The notes beneath the pieces were generated by a model, which saw only the letters and a program-made list of their open reading frames with translations, was not told the DNA's origin and ran no database searches. Source: the human T2T-CHM13v2.0 reference genome, Homo sapiens. Taken from it: a stretch of DNA of 64,000 nt. The first letter of the stretch is position 1. The number at the start of each line of letters is the position of its first letter. The stretch is from NCBI RefSeq assembly GCF_009914755.1, contig NC_060925.1; one strand, written 5' to 3'. This document shows, in pieces, positions 14,414-28,315 of this stretch. The translations under genes and the position numbers were made by a program.

Positions 14414-15205
14414 GTGAGTCTCCCCACCGCCTGTTCCCTGCAGAGGGTGCCTGAGCAGGGATTAGAGCCCACTCCCACTTCCCCCAGCCCTGGGAGCAGG
14501 AGGGTGAGGAGCGCACCACTGCCCATCCCAGCAAGGAAGCTACTTGGTCACTGTTGGCTGGGAGCACTCTAGAAGGGCAGGAAGGTCACTGCCTTTGTTG
14601 GTGCCCATAGGAGGAAGCTGAGACAATGAAGGGGGTGACAGTATCTGCCAGGTGCTGGCTCCTACTCTGTGCTGAGCCTGTTATAAATATTGTTTCAGTC
14701 CTGGAAAGCTCCGTGTGATTAGCCCAGATACAGAAAGTGAGGCTCAGAGGGCTTATGCCAGGCAGGAGAGGCCACATAGTCAGTGGCTGGCCAGCGAGTC
14801 CTGTCCACGATCCCATTTGATCTGCTCTGTAAAGTCCTCAGAGGAAAGATAGTTTTTTTTCCTTTAAATTAAGACCCTGGGAGTCAAAATGATATATGTT
14901 TACACAACAACCTGGTGGCAGAGGTGAGTATTTCACAGCCCAGGTTTAGGCATCAGGCAGACCATTGTCCAAATCCTGCATGTTGTTGGTTTCTCTAACC
15001 TTGGGAAAGTGGTTTCTCCTCTTTGAGCCTTAGTTTTCTTGTTTGTACAATGGGACATTAATACCTACTTCATCAGTAAATTGATCATTGGGATTAGTTG
15101 AGATTATACAATGAGATGCTTACTGCAGTGCCTGGCACACAGCAGGTGTCTAATGGTGACAGATGCTGCCAGGGACTCTGATTATTATTCCCATTGTCTC
15201 CCCAG

Positions 15206-15360
15206 AGAGGCTACTCTGCCCGGCACGAGGTCCGCCAGTTCCACTTCACAGCGTGGCCAGAGCATGGCGTCCCCTACCATGCCACGGGGCTGCTGGCTTT
15301 CATCCGGCGCGTGAAGGCCTCCACCCCACCTGATGCCGGGCCCATTGTCATCCACTGCAG
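15206..15360 (+). CDS. PTPRU: PTPRU D1 exon RGYSAR...WPEHGVP...PIVIHC(S)
   Basis: cag| ... |gtgggg, 155 nt, phase 0/2. Confidence 0.97.
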
Positions 15361-16084
15361 GTGGGGGCACCGGGAATCCCAAGGAGAAAAGGGGCCCTTC
15401 TCCCTGGGAATTTGGGCTTGGGGTCAGGTTGGTTCAGGATCTGTAGTGGGGACCAGGCCTGGGTTCTCCTGCTTAGAGATGGAGTGCAGGAGGGAACGAC
15501 CCCCAAAGGCCCTGTCCCCTTTGGCCTTTGGCTCTGAGGTTGGCATCTTCATGTGCCCCCCAAGACCTGTGAAGCCCCTTGACCCAGGTGCTGAGGAGGC
15601 ACTGGAGATAGGGAGGGGCCTCCGGGCCGCTGAGGCGCCAGGCACGATTGAGTTCTGCCTGCTTTCAGTAAGCAGCTTTTTGTTGCACACCTGCCGCGTG
15701 CTAGGCCTGGCCTGGGGGTGGGAAGGACTTCACTTCTCTCCACCAAACCCAGTGGGCCTTGCCTACCCCTTGGCCTTCACACCTTCTGCAGACCCTGACT
15801 GGCTCCCGTGACCCCAGCTGCCCCTCCTCTCTCTGCTTTCTCCCTGGCTCCACATCTTTCTCTTGCTTCTTAAATGGGGACCCAGTACGCTGTCCTGGCC
15901 TGCCCTCTGTCTCCCCCTGGAGAGCGTAACCCCCAACCTTTGTGGCTTTGTCCATGGCCTCTGTGTCTCATTGCGGTTCCTCTACTGTGTTCTTATCAGC
16001 TCCCCAAATGCCGCATGGTAGAGTCGTCCTCCCTGCCCTGCCACCTAAACCAGCTTCTCTTTGATTTCTTTAGGCCTCTTTAAG

Positions 16085-17070
<986 letters not shown>

Positions 17071-17208
17071 TTTCAAACCTGAAATCTTGCTGTCATCTTT
17101 GTCCACTCTCCTTCCCCCTCAGCTCTGCACAACCTTGCGTGAGGACAATGATCTTGATGTGCCCCCAGTCAAGTTAGGGAGACAGCCACATAAACAATGA
17201 CCATGTAG

Positions 17209-17545
<337 letters not shown>

Positions 17546-18025
17546 TAATAAAAACCTGCCCACGTTGCTTTGGGAACTCAAAAGAATGACATCATCCTGG
17601 AAGGGTCAGGGATGCTCCAGTGGGTATGTGAATGGGTATGAGTGTGTGGGCTTTTCAAGGATGTGTAGGAGATTTGGTGGTTTTCAGGAGGAAAGAACAT
17701 TCTTGAATTAGCTCGGAGGATCATCATTCCTGTTCTCTCCTAATCTTAAGTTGCTAGGTTGAGCCAGTGTCACCTTTGCATTCTCCCCACCCTCTCTCCT
17801 CTCCTTCCCTGAGGCCCATCCCATCTCTGTCCTCTAGCACATTTCACTAGAGCTCTTCCATCCAGCAGCCTGCGTCCTGGCTCCTTACTCGGGGAGGGGC
17901 AGTCATCTCTGTGTCCGTGTCCCCTGTATGGTGTAGACATGGCCAGTGCCCTCCTCTCTTCTTCTCCTTAGTCCCGGGCTTCCTCCCCAAAGCTCTGACC
18001 TGGTCTGGGGCTGCTCTCTCTCCAG

Positions 18026-18161
18026 CGCGGGCACCGGCCGCACAGGTTGCTATATCGTCCTGGATGTGATGCTGGACATGGCAGAGTGTGAGGGCGTCGT
18101 GGACATTTACAACTGTGTGAAGACTCTCTGCTCCCGGCGTGTCAACATGATCCAGACTGAG
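18026..18161 (+). CDS. PTPRU: PTPRU D1 exon AGTGRTGCY...NMIQTE
   Basis: cag| ... |gtgcgg, 136 nt; completes [10 protein letters not shown]. Confidence 0.97.
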
Positions 18162-18655
18162 GTGCGGGGACCTGGCCCTGTCCCCACCATTATTACTTCT
18201 AGGACTGGAGTTTCTCGTGAAGGATCCTGGAGCCGGCAGAGCATGCCCAAAGGGTGTCCTGAGGCTCTTGCCTTCCCTCAGATCATCCCTGACCTTGGGC
18301 CGCCAACTGCATAGGGTCATCCTGAACTGCTCCCCTGTGTTCTGTTGGGTGGGGTCAGACAACCGGTCCTGTAGCTGACATACCTGGGATTGCATCCTCA
18401 GTGGATGTGTGACCGTGAGCTGTCCCCCACCTCTCAGAGCACTCACAGAGTTGTTATAGGGGGTAGGGATGAAATAGGAGATAAAGGGGCATGTCCATGG
18501 AGGTTGTTTCAGGTAGGCTTGGTCCAGCCTGTAGTAACATGGTTGGCCTCCACCTCAGGACACCCTGCTTCAACCTTGAGCTTGCTTAAGCCCCATCACC
18601 ACAGATCTCCAGCTTCTAGGCCCCTCCTCGGCCTCATTCTCATCTCCTGTTCCAG

Positions 18656-18805
18656 GAGCAGTACATCTTCATTCATGATGCAATCCTGGAGGCCTGCCTG
18701 TGTGGGGAGACCACCATCCCTGTCAGTGAGTTCAAGGCCACCTACAAGGAGATGATCCGCATTGATCCTCAGAGTAATTCCTCCCAGCTGCGGGAAGAGT
18801 TCCAG
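18656..18805 (+). CDS. PTPRU: PTPRU exon [12 protein letters not shown]...LREEFQ (end of D1 and linker)
   Basis: cag| ... |gtgggg, 150 nt. Confidence 0.96.
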
Positions 18806-19149
18806 GTGGGGGATGAGTGCGTGTGTATAGGTGTGTGTGTGTGTGTCTGTGTGTGTGTTGGGGCATCCTTAATACTGCAGGAGTCATTGAGGGCCAAGAA
18901 GCAGGGACCAGCCTGAGGCCACAGCTGGAGGGACAGAGCTGAGCTACCAGGAAGGACTTTGGGACAGCGGAAGATGGGGTGCATCAAAGCAGTTAAGAGC
19001 CCAGGCTTTGAAGTCAGATAAACCCAGGTTCAAATCCTGGCTTACCTAGTTAAGAGCTGTGAGTATCCTTGAACAGTTCCCTTTACCTCTCTGAGCCTCA
19101 GTTTTGTTACCCAGAGAAGAGAAGTAGTTAATATGTCCCTTGGGGTGTT

Positions 19150-19610
19150 TGTATTCATTGGGATTCTTTTGGTTGTGAGTGATAAAAATCCAGCTTTTAT
19201 AACTGAAAAGTCTGAGGATCGTGCAGCTTCAGTTGTAGCTGGATCCAGGGGCTCAGATGATGATGCCAACAGGTGGTTTCTGTCTGCCTTGGTTCTGCTC
19301 TCCTATTTTTGGCTTCATTCTCAGACCTGCACCTGGCCGCCAGCAGTGCTGGGCTCCCATCATCTCTATTGTCTGGTGACTTAGGAAAAAGGCGCTTGCT
19401 GCTCCCAGCATCCCCCCAACAGTCCTAGATCAGACTTTCATGTTCCCATCCCTGGACCAGTCACAGGTTGGAGAGGTGGAGCTCACTGATTGCCCCTGGC
19501 TCTGGTCACATGCCCAAGGCCTGGCTCTTGGGGCAGGACCAGCCTCACCATATCACATGGCTGAGATGGGAAAAGGCTGGTTCTCCAGAGAAGCCTGAGA
19601 GCGATCACTG
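19150..19610 (-). mobile_element. MLT1 (MaLR) LTR, old
   Basis: tgtattcattgggattcttttggttg...ggatccaggggctca...accagtcac pattern of antisense MLT1K/L. Confidence 0.6.
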
Positions 19611-20401
19611 GGTGGCAGAGACCTCAGAAGTCCCCTCCACTCCAGGGTTCCTGCAGTGGCTCAGCAGGATGGCACGTGCTGGGGACCTGGCACTTCTCAC
19701 AGGAGGTGCAGGGTTCCCGGAGGAGGGTGTCAGGCTTTGGGGATCATGATAGACTGTGGTTCCCTGTGAGGGATCTCCAAGAACAAGAGAAAGAAACTGA
19801 GAGCCCCTGGGTCTGGATGCGTGAGGTGTGAAGGCATGCGGGCGGAGGAGATGCCCCGGAGATCCAGGTGTGATTCAGTGCCCGGTGCTTAGGACTTCAT
19901 TCTGTTCAGACAGGGCCGTGACCAAGGAACGTGACCCCCTCTCCACGTGCCTGGAGTCCGCTTCTTGGAGGGTGTGGGGTTTCAGGGGTTGCCTCAGTGA
20001 AGGCACTGGTCAGCTAGTAAAGATCCTCACTGTGCCCGTGTGTGCCGAGCTCAGCCCAGTGCTTGTCATGATCTCACTTTGGCCTCCCAGCAGCCCCATG
20101 AAGTAGGCATATTACTTCCCTATTTCACAGTCGAGGAAACTGAGGCTGAGAGATGCAGTAGCTTGTCTGAGGTTATGTGGGTGGCAAGGAGGTAGACTCT
20201 GGTCTCTAGAGCTCTATCCAGGCCCTATAATGGCCTAGAGACAGGGAGTCTGGCTCCGTGCCCTGTACCCTTCTCTCTGGACCTCAGTTTCTCCATCCAT
20301 AAAATGGGATTAGTAACTCAGTCCAGCCTCCTTCATGGGGATGTGAGGAGGCCCAGCAAGCCCTGGACGTAACTCTCTGTCCCCACCCCCGCTCCCTGTA
20401 G

Positions 20402-20575
20402 ACGCTGAACTCGGTCACCCCGCCGCTGGACGTGGAGGAGTGCAGCATCGCCCTGTTGCCCCGGAACCGCGACAAGAACCGCAGCATGGACGTCCTGCCG
20501 CCCGACCGCTGCCTGCCCTTCCTCATCTCCACTGATGGGGACTCCAACAACTACATTAATGCAGCCCTGACTGAC
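20402..20575 (+). CDS. PTPRU: PTPRU D2 exon TLNSVTPP...NYINAALTD
   Basis: tag| ... |gtgaga, 174 nt; KNR and YINA motifs. Confidence 0.97.
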
Positions 20576-23338
20576 GTGAGAGCTTGGGGTGGAGTGGGCT
20601 CTGGGGCTCCCCTTCCCAGCAGCATCAGGGAAGGTCCAGGGGCCACGGGAACAAAGCTGAAGGCTCTGTTGGGGGGACCCCTGCCCATTCTGGGGAACAG
20701 GCCTGTGTGTGACCCTCCTACTCCTAGGGAGCTTCCATTCAGGGCATTCAAGCCAGTGCCCCCCACACTCTGCCTCAGTGGGGTCTGGTTGTGGAGTTCA
20801 GGCAGGGCTGTCTCCAAGATTAGGCCCAGCAGAGCCTGGGGTAGGATGAGTGATTCAGGGGACTTTGGCTGGGGAGACCTCGAGGGTTTGGGGATGGAAC
20901 TCGAGACCTGATGTCTGGAAGCAGGGGAGCTTGTCCTGGGGAGAATGAGCTGGAGTCTGCTCCAGGACCAGGCCTGGGACAGTGATCTCTGGCCCCATTC
21001 TTCCCTGGGTGGGCATGGGCCCTCTGAGGGCTCAGGAGCCTTTTAGAAGTCTCTTTCCCTGCTTCAAGCTCAGGGGCTCTGCCTCCTTTACTGAGGGTTG
21101 CAAGCAGCTCAGGAGATGGGTGCTGGCATTTTAGTCCCCTGCTAAATGGCTCCAAGATGCTGCTGTCTGAGGCGGGAAGGGTCTAGGATTATTATCCCTA
21201 TTCCTCTGCCACACTGGAACCAGTTCAGATATAGACACAGGAGACACACGGGTGGAGATCATATGTTATAGATAAAACTGGAGATGGAGTTTGAGATGTG
21301 TGGCCAGTTGGTGGGCCGCTCCTTCACCCCTCCCCGATATAGCCGTGCAACCGCAGGCCACCCCTCCCCGTCAGGGACTGGCCTTTACTGGCAGGGAGCA
21401 GGAGCAATTGAGTGCACACTTTCCAAGGGTAGGCTGGCCTGGAAAAAGAGGAAGGAGTGGAGCCAAGCAGCCTCGCTCATGGGAGGAGTGAGTGAAGGAT
21501 GGGCCAGGGCCAGGTGTGTCACTGCTGCGTCTCTCCACGCGGAAATGAGGGATGCCGATGGGGAAGGTTCTCCCACAGCGGTTAAGAGGGAGATGGGCTT
21601 TTTGCGGCCTGATGCCTGGCCAGGAACTCCTTGGCAGGACAGTGCGGGGGACAGCGGGGTTTCTTTAAAGAGGGTAACCACCCAGGGGGCTTCCGGGTGT
21701 CAGCTGAAGGGGAGGGGAAGAGCTGCCCTAGCCACTGATGAGAGATGTGAGGGGCCCATCAGTCACTGTCACTCAGCTTGGTGGATGGAATGTGTGTGCC
21801 CACATGCTCGCCGGGGGACATCTGGCCTGCTGAGGGGTCAGGGGTCCTGGAGGGGTGGCATGTAGTACCGGGAAGATCTTTGAACTAAACTTAGGAAGCT
21901 GTGCCCTCCCGCCCAGCCCCCTCCTTGGCCTTGGTGTGCCCATCTGCACATTGGGGGCCTGGAAAGGAGACTGTCTGAGGGTCCTGAGCTGGGGCTCCCT
22001 GGCCCTGATGGGTGGGTTATCACGTGGAAAAGTTCTGAGACAGCCCTGTCCCCTCCTGAGGTCCTTGATGCCTCTGACGTCTGACCCCAGCCATGCAGGT
22101 CCTATTGGCTTGGAGCCAGGAGGCCCCATTTCTCAGACAGGCCCTGAACTCGTCAGTGAGGGGCCAGCTGGAGTCTTTGTGGTGGTCAAGTCTGCAAGGA
22201 GCCCTGTTGGGCACCCAGGCCTGAGTTTTGGAATCTGGCTGGGCCTGGCCTTGAGGAGTTGTTAATCAGGAGCCTTCAGAGAGTCCTGGAGAGAGATCGC
22301 TGGGGGACCAGGGGGGCTCTTTGTTTCTCTGCACTGCACCTTGCAGGATTACAAAGGGCAGATCAATATTTGGTTAGGGCCCAAGTCAGGGTCAAGGCCA
22401 GAAGAAGCCAGACAAAGACCAGGGTCATGGGAGCTTGTGCCAGCCCCTAGGTCAGGAGGAAGACTGGGGGACAGGAGAAGAGCTCGGGGAAGGGAGGGGG
22501 GACATGGCACAGGGTGGGGCAGGGCAGGTCACCAGGGGAGGCTGGGAGCTAGATCTTTAATGGGAGAAGGCCGGGTGCCAGCCCCCCTGGCAGGACGAGG
22601 GAGCAGTGAGCAGCGTCGGGGCCTGTCACTGCCTGGAGAGCCTGGGGCCCCAGACCCTTCACTTATGGAGTTGGAAGGGACCTAGAGATTTATTCAAAAT
22701 ATTTATTGAGCCCCTACAGGGTTCTGGGTGGAGACCATACCCTAGAAGCTCTGCTCTCCTGAACCTTGCTTTTAGCAGGTGGAGTGGGATAGTCAGGAAA
22801 TATACAATGAAATGTCATCAACTGGAAATTTCTACAAAAACAGCCAGGCAGTGTTTAATGTGGATTTGGGGTGTGTGTGGGGCTATTTTTGATGAGGTGG
22901 TGGGGGAGGGCTTCTTTGAGGAGGTGATAAGTAAAGACCAGAAGGAAGTGAGGGAGACAGCCATATAGACATTTGGGAAATTTGGCCTAGGCAGCCAAAA
23001 TAGCAGATGCCGAAGCGCGGAGGCAGGGAGTAAGCTCGGCCAGCCTCTGCCTTGAGCTCAGCCTCATGCCCAAGCTCCCCTCGCCATACCTTTGGAAACT
23101 TTTGCTGTTTAGTTCTGGGGGGTCATGGGCTTGGTCCCCAGAGGCCTGGGCCCACCCTGTCAACCCAGGCCTCAGTGTGCCAACCAACATCAGAAATGGC
23201 CCACTGGAGGCAGCCTGGTCCTGTGGGGCACAACCGTCCAACTCAGGGTGGGCAGTGCGGGAAGACAGCCTGGGGCAGAGGCTCAGCCCAGGCCAGGGGC
23301 CGGGAACAGGGCCCTGCTGAGTTCCGGTTTCCCTGCAG

Positions 23339-23479
23339 AGCTACACACGGAGTGCGGCCTTCATCGTGACCCTGCACCCGCTGCAGAGCACCACGCCCGA
23401 CTTCTGGCGGCTGGTCTACGATTACGGGTGCACCTCCATCGTCATGCTCAACCAGCTGAACCAGTCCAACTCCGCCTGG
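23339..23479 (+). CDS. PTPRU: PTPRU D2 exon SYTRSAAF...DFWRLVYD...NSAW
   Basis: cag| ... |gtgagg, 141 nt. Confidence 0.97.
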
Positions 23480-23679
23480 GTGAGGCCTCCACTGGCCAGG
23501 CCAATGGGCCGCCTGCTCCCAGGTCCTCTGTGTATTCAGGGCCATGGTCCCCAAAGCCAAAAGTTGGGTCCCAGCTCTGCCATCTATTTATTGTGTGATG
23601 AATCATACACCTTCCCAGAGCCTCAGTTTCTTCATCTGTAAAACAAGGGTGTCAGATGGGAGATCACTAGTTGCTCTTT

Positions 23680-24055
<376 letters not shown>

Positions 24056-26024
24056 TAGAATCTATAATGACCTTGGAGGGAAGGCTTCAGTGAGAAAATT
24101 AAGACCCAAAGAGGTTCAGTGCCTTCTCCAGGGCCACATGGCTGGGGAGGGGCAGAGCTGTGCTCCCCAGCCTCAGCTGCCTCATTCCAGAGCTTCTGCT
24201 CTTTTAGTCACTCCACTAAAGCGCCCATCATGGGGGCCTCCGAGGTAGAGTACAATTCAAGCCTCCTACTTTCTGACTGTTTGATCTAGGGTAAGTTGAT
24301 TGACCTCTTTTGAGTTTTACTTTCCTTCTCTGTAAAATGGGGGCCATCATAGGACCTGTTCTTGTGGGGTTATTGTGAGGACCAGGTCAGGTGTGCATAG
24401 GATATGTGGCACTGCTGTGTCTGCTGCACAGTAGGCATGTGGTATGTGGCAGGGACAAAGATGATGAGGGTGACAGTTGTATCTGAGATTGGCCCAGACA
24501 CTGGTTCAGTGACCTCAGCCTGGGGGCAGCCCCTCTGACTCCCCTGTTTCCCTTTGGAGCTCCCAAGAAGTACAGATACCCAGCCTTCCAGCCCTGCCTG
24601 ACCATGTGCTTTAGGTCTCTGGACCCCTTCCCACCCCAGCTTTCTGCTGGGCCCAGGGGGCTAGGAAGATTTGCTGTAAAATGAGTACAACAGCTTCTTA
24701 ATGGCCTCCTTGAGAAGATTGCATTAACTGGGCTCTTTATGAGTCAGGCACTTTGTGAAAATGACCCAGGACTACAGGATAATGGGCCTCAGCCCTGGTG
24801 CAGCAGGAACCATCCTTGCTAGGGTAGAGGGGAGAGGCCCAGAGGGAGGCTCACAGAGATGTAGTTCACTGGGCACTGATTTGCTCATCTGCTCAACCAA
24901 CTTTGCCCATGAACAGCTCCCTGCAGTGGGCAGGGAGGAGACAGAGGGAGAAGAGACACAGCCCCTCCCAGATCTCATGGTCCAGGAGGAAACAGGTAGA
25001 AAAACTGATAGTGACAGCACAGAGGGAAAAGAGCTATGAAAGAGCTGGCACAGGGACAGAGAAGTCCGGGGGATCATGTATCGGCGATGGCTTCCTGGAG
25101 GAGGTAGTGTCTGAGCTGAGATGTGTGGGAAGGGCAGAATTAACTAGGTGAGGAGGTGGAGGAAGAGAGACCCGTGGAGAGGGAGCAGCCTGTGCAGGGT
25201 TCTGAACGCACAGGGTTGCCAGGACCTGAGGCAAAATGAGGAAGGTGGTGTCCTCCTGTCCTGGGCTGTGGTCAGAGGGGATTGATGAGCACGGTGTCTT
25301 TTTGGGAGAGGATGGGAGTCATTTTACCGACGGAGAAACTGAGGCCAAGAGAAAGGAAGAGCCTTTCCTGGGCTTCAGGCAGAGCTGAGACTAGAAACTG
25401 AGGCTCAGGATACTTAGCCTGGAGGATGTGTGTGTGTATTTGTACGTGTGTTTGTGTGTGTTAGGTCATAGGGCTGTACCTCCTCTGTCCCTCCACAGTC
25501 TGGAGTCTGGGAGGGGGTTGTATTTAGGACCCTGACTCCATGGAGGGGTCCTGGGGCAGAAGTGGGGGTACTGAACTGTGTTGCAGCATCAGGGACACCC
25601 CACCTCTGTGAGCTGGTGCTGAAGGGCAGAGGCAGTGAGAGAGAAGGCTGGGGGGAGGTTCTGGGGTGGGTGGGAGTGATCCAGGCCTATTCCTGGAAGC
25701 AGGCAGCCTCATGTAGGAGCGTGTGAACCGGTTAAGGTGTAGCTTTCTAGCTGCACAGCAGTAGGCATCAGTGCAGTTTGCAAAGGGTTCATCTTGGCTG
25801 ATCTGAACGTGTCAGTGCAGAACGCATTGGGGCAGGTGGGCCTTGCAGCCTGTGGGCAACTGGTGGTGATTGGGGGAGCTGCTGAAGGTGAGTCTGGAGT
25901 GAGTGGGTGGGCCAGGGTTCGTGGGAGCCACAGGGCAAGTGTGGAGCCCTTGGGGTGGGCATGGCTGTGGGGTGAGCCCCGGCCAGGCTCTACTCAGCTC
26001 TCCCCTCTCCGTGCTTATGCCCAG

Positions 26025-26150
26025 CCCTGCCTGCAGTACTGGCCAGAGCCAGGCCGGCAGCAATATGGCCTCATGGAGGTGGAGTTTATGTCGGGCACAG
26101 CTGATGAAGACTTAGTGGCTCGAGTCTTCCGGGTGCAGAACATCTCTCGG
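26025..26150 (+). CDS. PTPRU: PTPRU D2 exon PCLQYWP...QNISR
   Basis: cag| ... |gtgagt, 126 nt. Confidence 0.96.
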
Positions 26151-26284
26151 GTGAGTGGTCTGAGGAGCCCCAGGGAAGGACCCTGGGTGGTGGCTGGGGC
26201 AGCTTTTAATGACCCTCTGTGTCATCAGGGGCCCCTGGGACCCTGGTGCTCATGTCCTCCCTGGCTGGCTGCCCCTGTCCCCAG

Positions 26285-26442
26285 TTGCAGGAGGGGCACC
26301 TGCTGGTGCGGCACTTCCAGTTCCTGCGCTGGTCTGCATACCGGGACACACCTGACTCCAAGAAGGCCTTCTTGCACCTGCTGGCTGAGGTGGACAAGTG
26401 GCAGGCCGAGAGTGGGGATGGGCGCACCATCGTGCACTGCCT
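26285..26442 (+). CDS. PTPRU: PTPRU D2 exon LQEGHLL...RTIVHC(L)
   Basis: cag| ... |gtgagt, 158 nt, phase 0/2; second in-frame cag allows a start at 26291. Confidence 0.96.
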
Positions 26443-26801
26443 GTGAGTACCTGCCCTGTGGGAGGGCGGGTGGAGGGGTTGGGGAGCCAGGGGCAGAGGT
26501 CCAGTCTGAAAGGGTGCCAGCTTTGGCTGGACTGCAAAGCTGGCACCGAAACCCCTGGGCTCTTAGATGGCTGTGGCCAGGATGCTGCCCAACCAGCCAA
26601 GGCTGGCCCTGGAGGAATCCAGTGAGTTTCCAGGCTATAGACTCAGCCCTGAACAACTGCCCAGTATCCTCTGTGTGATGTCTGACTTTGCCAATTTAAT
26701 TAGAGTCCTTGGTCAGAATTTTTTACCCCATGAGATTGTGGCACACTTTTATGCCAATAGAATTCCAGTCTTTGTTCATGCATGCACACATGTGACTTTT
26801 T

Positions 26802-26842
26802 CCATCCATCCATCCATCCACCCATCCATCCATCCATCCATC
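26802..26842. repeat. (CCAT)n microsatellite
   Basis: Direct reading. Confidence 0.9.
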
Positions 26843-27422
26843 TGCATGCCCCATTCATAAGTTCATGTATTCACTCATGTCTGGGTGCAGTCACTCCTTT
26901 GCTCCCCACTTTTTCATGCTTTCAGCATTTACTGAGCCTTTCGAGTGGCAGGCTGGGCCTACTGGAAGCTGGTGCGGAGCTGAGTCAGTCCGGGTCTGGC
27001 CCCCAGGGGTTTTGGTTCTGGTGGGAAAGACCCCTGAGAAGGGGAGTGAGGGCCGCATCAGTCTGCCATTCCCCAGGAGGCACCCCACACGTGGAGTCAC
27101 AGGGAAGGAGGGAGAGGCACGGAGGGGATGGAGCTCTGTGGGAGGCTGTGGGTTTGACTTGGGGTTTGGGTACGTTTGTGCCTGTGTGCCCACGATGCCA
27201 GGTGGTGACCAGTCTTCTCAGCATTCCTGTTCCACCTTGCTCTCTGGGTACGCGCTTGCTGCTCCTCCGCCCTTCTTTGTCACTGTCTTTGTCTCTCCGG
27301 GTGTTTCTCTTGGAGTGTGTCTGGCCTCCTTTCTCTCAGAATCCGCAGTCTGTTTCGCCTTGAGAATATGTCTTCTGAGATGTCTTAGCCTCTGATCCTT
27401 CTTAACCTGGTCCTGCTCCTCC

Positions 27423-27800
27423 CTCTGGGTTCCCTAGCCCCGCCCCTTACCTCTGGGTCCTCTGCCCCGCCCTTCTGAGTTCCCTAGTTCTGCCCCTCAC
27501 CTTGGGCTCTTTGGCCCTCCTTAGTTTCCTAGCCCCGCCCCTCACCTCTGGACTCTTTGGCCCCTCCTTTCTGGGTTTCCTAGCTCTGCCCCTCATCTCT
27601 GGGCTCTTTGGCCTCTTCCTTCTGGGTTCCCTAGCTCCGCCCCTCTCCTCTAGGCTCTCGGGCCCCTCCTTTCTGTGTTCTCTAACTCCGCCCCTCACCT
27701 CTGGGCTCTCTGCCCCACCCTTCTAGATTCCCTAGCTCCGTCCCTCTCCTCTAGGCTCTCTGCCCCTCCCTCGTGGTTCCCTGGCCCTTTTCTTACCTTC
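27423..27800. repeat. Diverged ~50-51-bp minisatellite, about 7.5 copies
   Basis: Unit ~ttctgggttccctagctccgcccctcacctctgggctctttggcccctcct; starts near 27423, 27473, 27521, 27569, 27620, 27671, 27721, 27771. Confidence 0.9.
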
Positions 27801-27844
27801 AGGTTCCAAGGCCCCGCCCCTCAGCTTTTGCATCTCTCATTCAG

Positions 27845-27980
27845 AAACGGGGGAGGACGCAGCGGCACCTTCTGCGCCTGCGCCACGGTCCTGGAGATGA
27901 TCCGCTGCCACAACTTGGTGGACGTTTTCTTTGCTGCCAAAACCCTCCGGAACTACAAACCCAACATGGTGGAGACCATG
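27845..27980 (+). CDS. PTPRU: PTPRU D2 exon NGGGRSGTF...NMVETM
   Basis: cag| ... |gtgagg, 136 nt; completes HCLNGGGRSG. Confidence 0.97.
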
Positions 27981-28252
27981 GTGAGGGGCTGTGTCCCGTG
28001 CCCAGCCACTTCCACCTTCCTGGTCCATGCCAGGCCAGGTTCCTTAGCACCCACTCTCCCATATCTGGGCCCCACCACTGGGCCTTGGTTCTAGCCCTGT
28101 GGTCCTAAAACATTACCCCCATTTCTCCCTTCTCCCCGAGGGCGGGCCTGGGCTCGGGCTCGTGCTTGCCCTCTCACTCCCCGTTCCCCTCCCCCCACAA
28201 TACTGGAGTTGGGGTCAGGCTCATGATTCCCTCCCTCTCTTCCTCTCCCCAG

Positions 28253-28315
28253 GATCAGTACCACTTTTGCTACGATGTGGCCCTGGAGTACTTGGAGGGG
28301 CTGGAGTCAAGATAG
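28253..28315 (+). CDS. PTPRU: PTPRU last coding segment [20 protein letters not shown]-stop
   Basis: cag| acceptor; TAG at 28313-28315. Confidence 0.97.

Noticed and set aside
15570-15596. REST/RE1-like half site (ggtgctga); similar at ~47234
   Set aside because: The second half-site has too many mismatches
25794-26678. 294-aa ORF, the longest in the window
   Set aside because: One real PTPRU exon read through GC-rich intron; not a separate gene
27447-27726. Repetitive R/K/E/P-rich and L/S/P-rich ORFs
   Set aside because: Artefact of the ~51-bp minisatellite period
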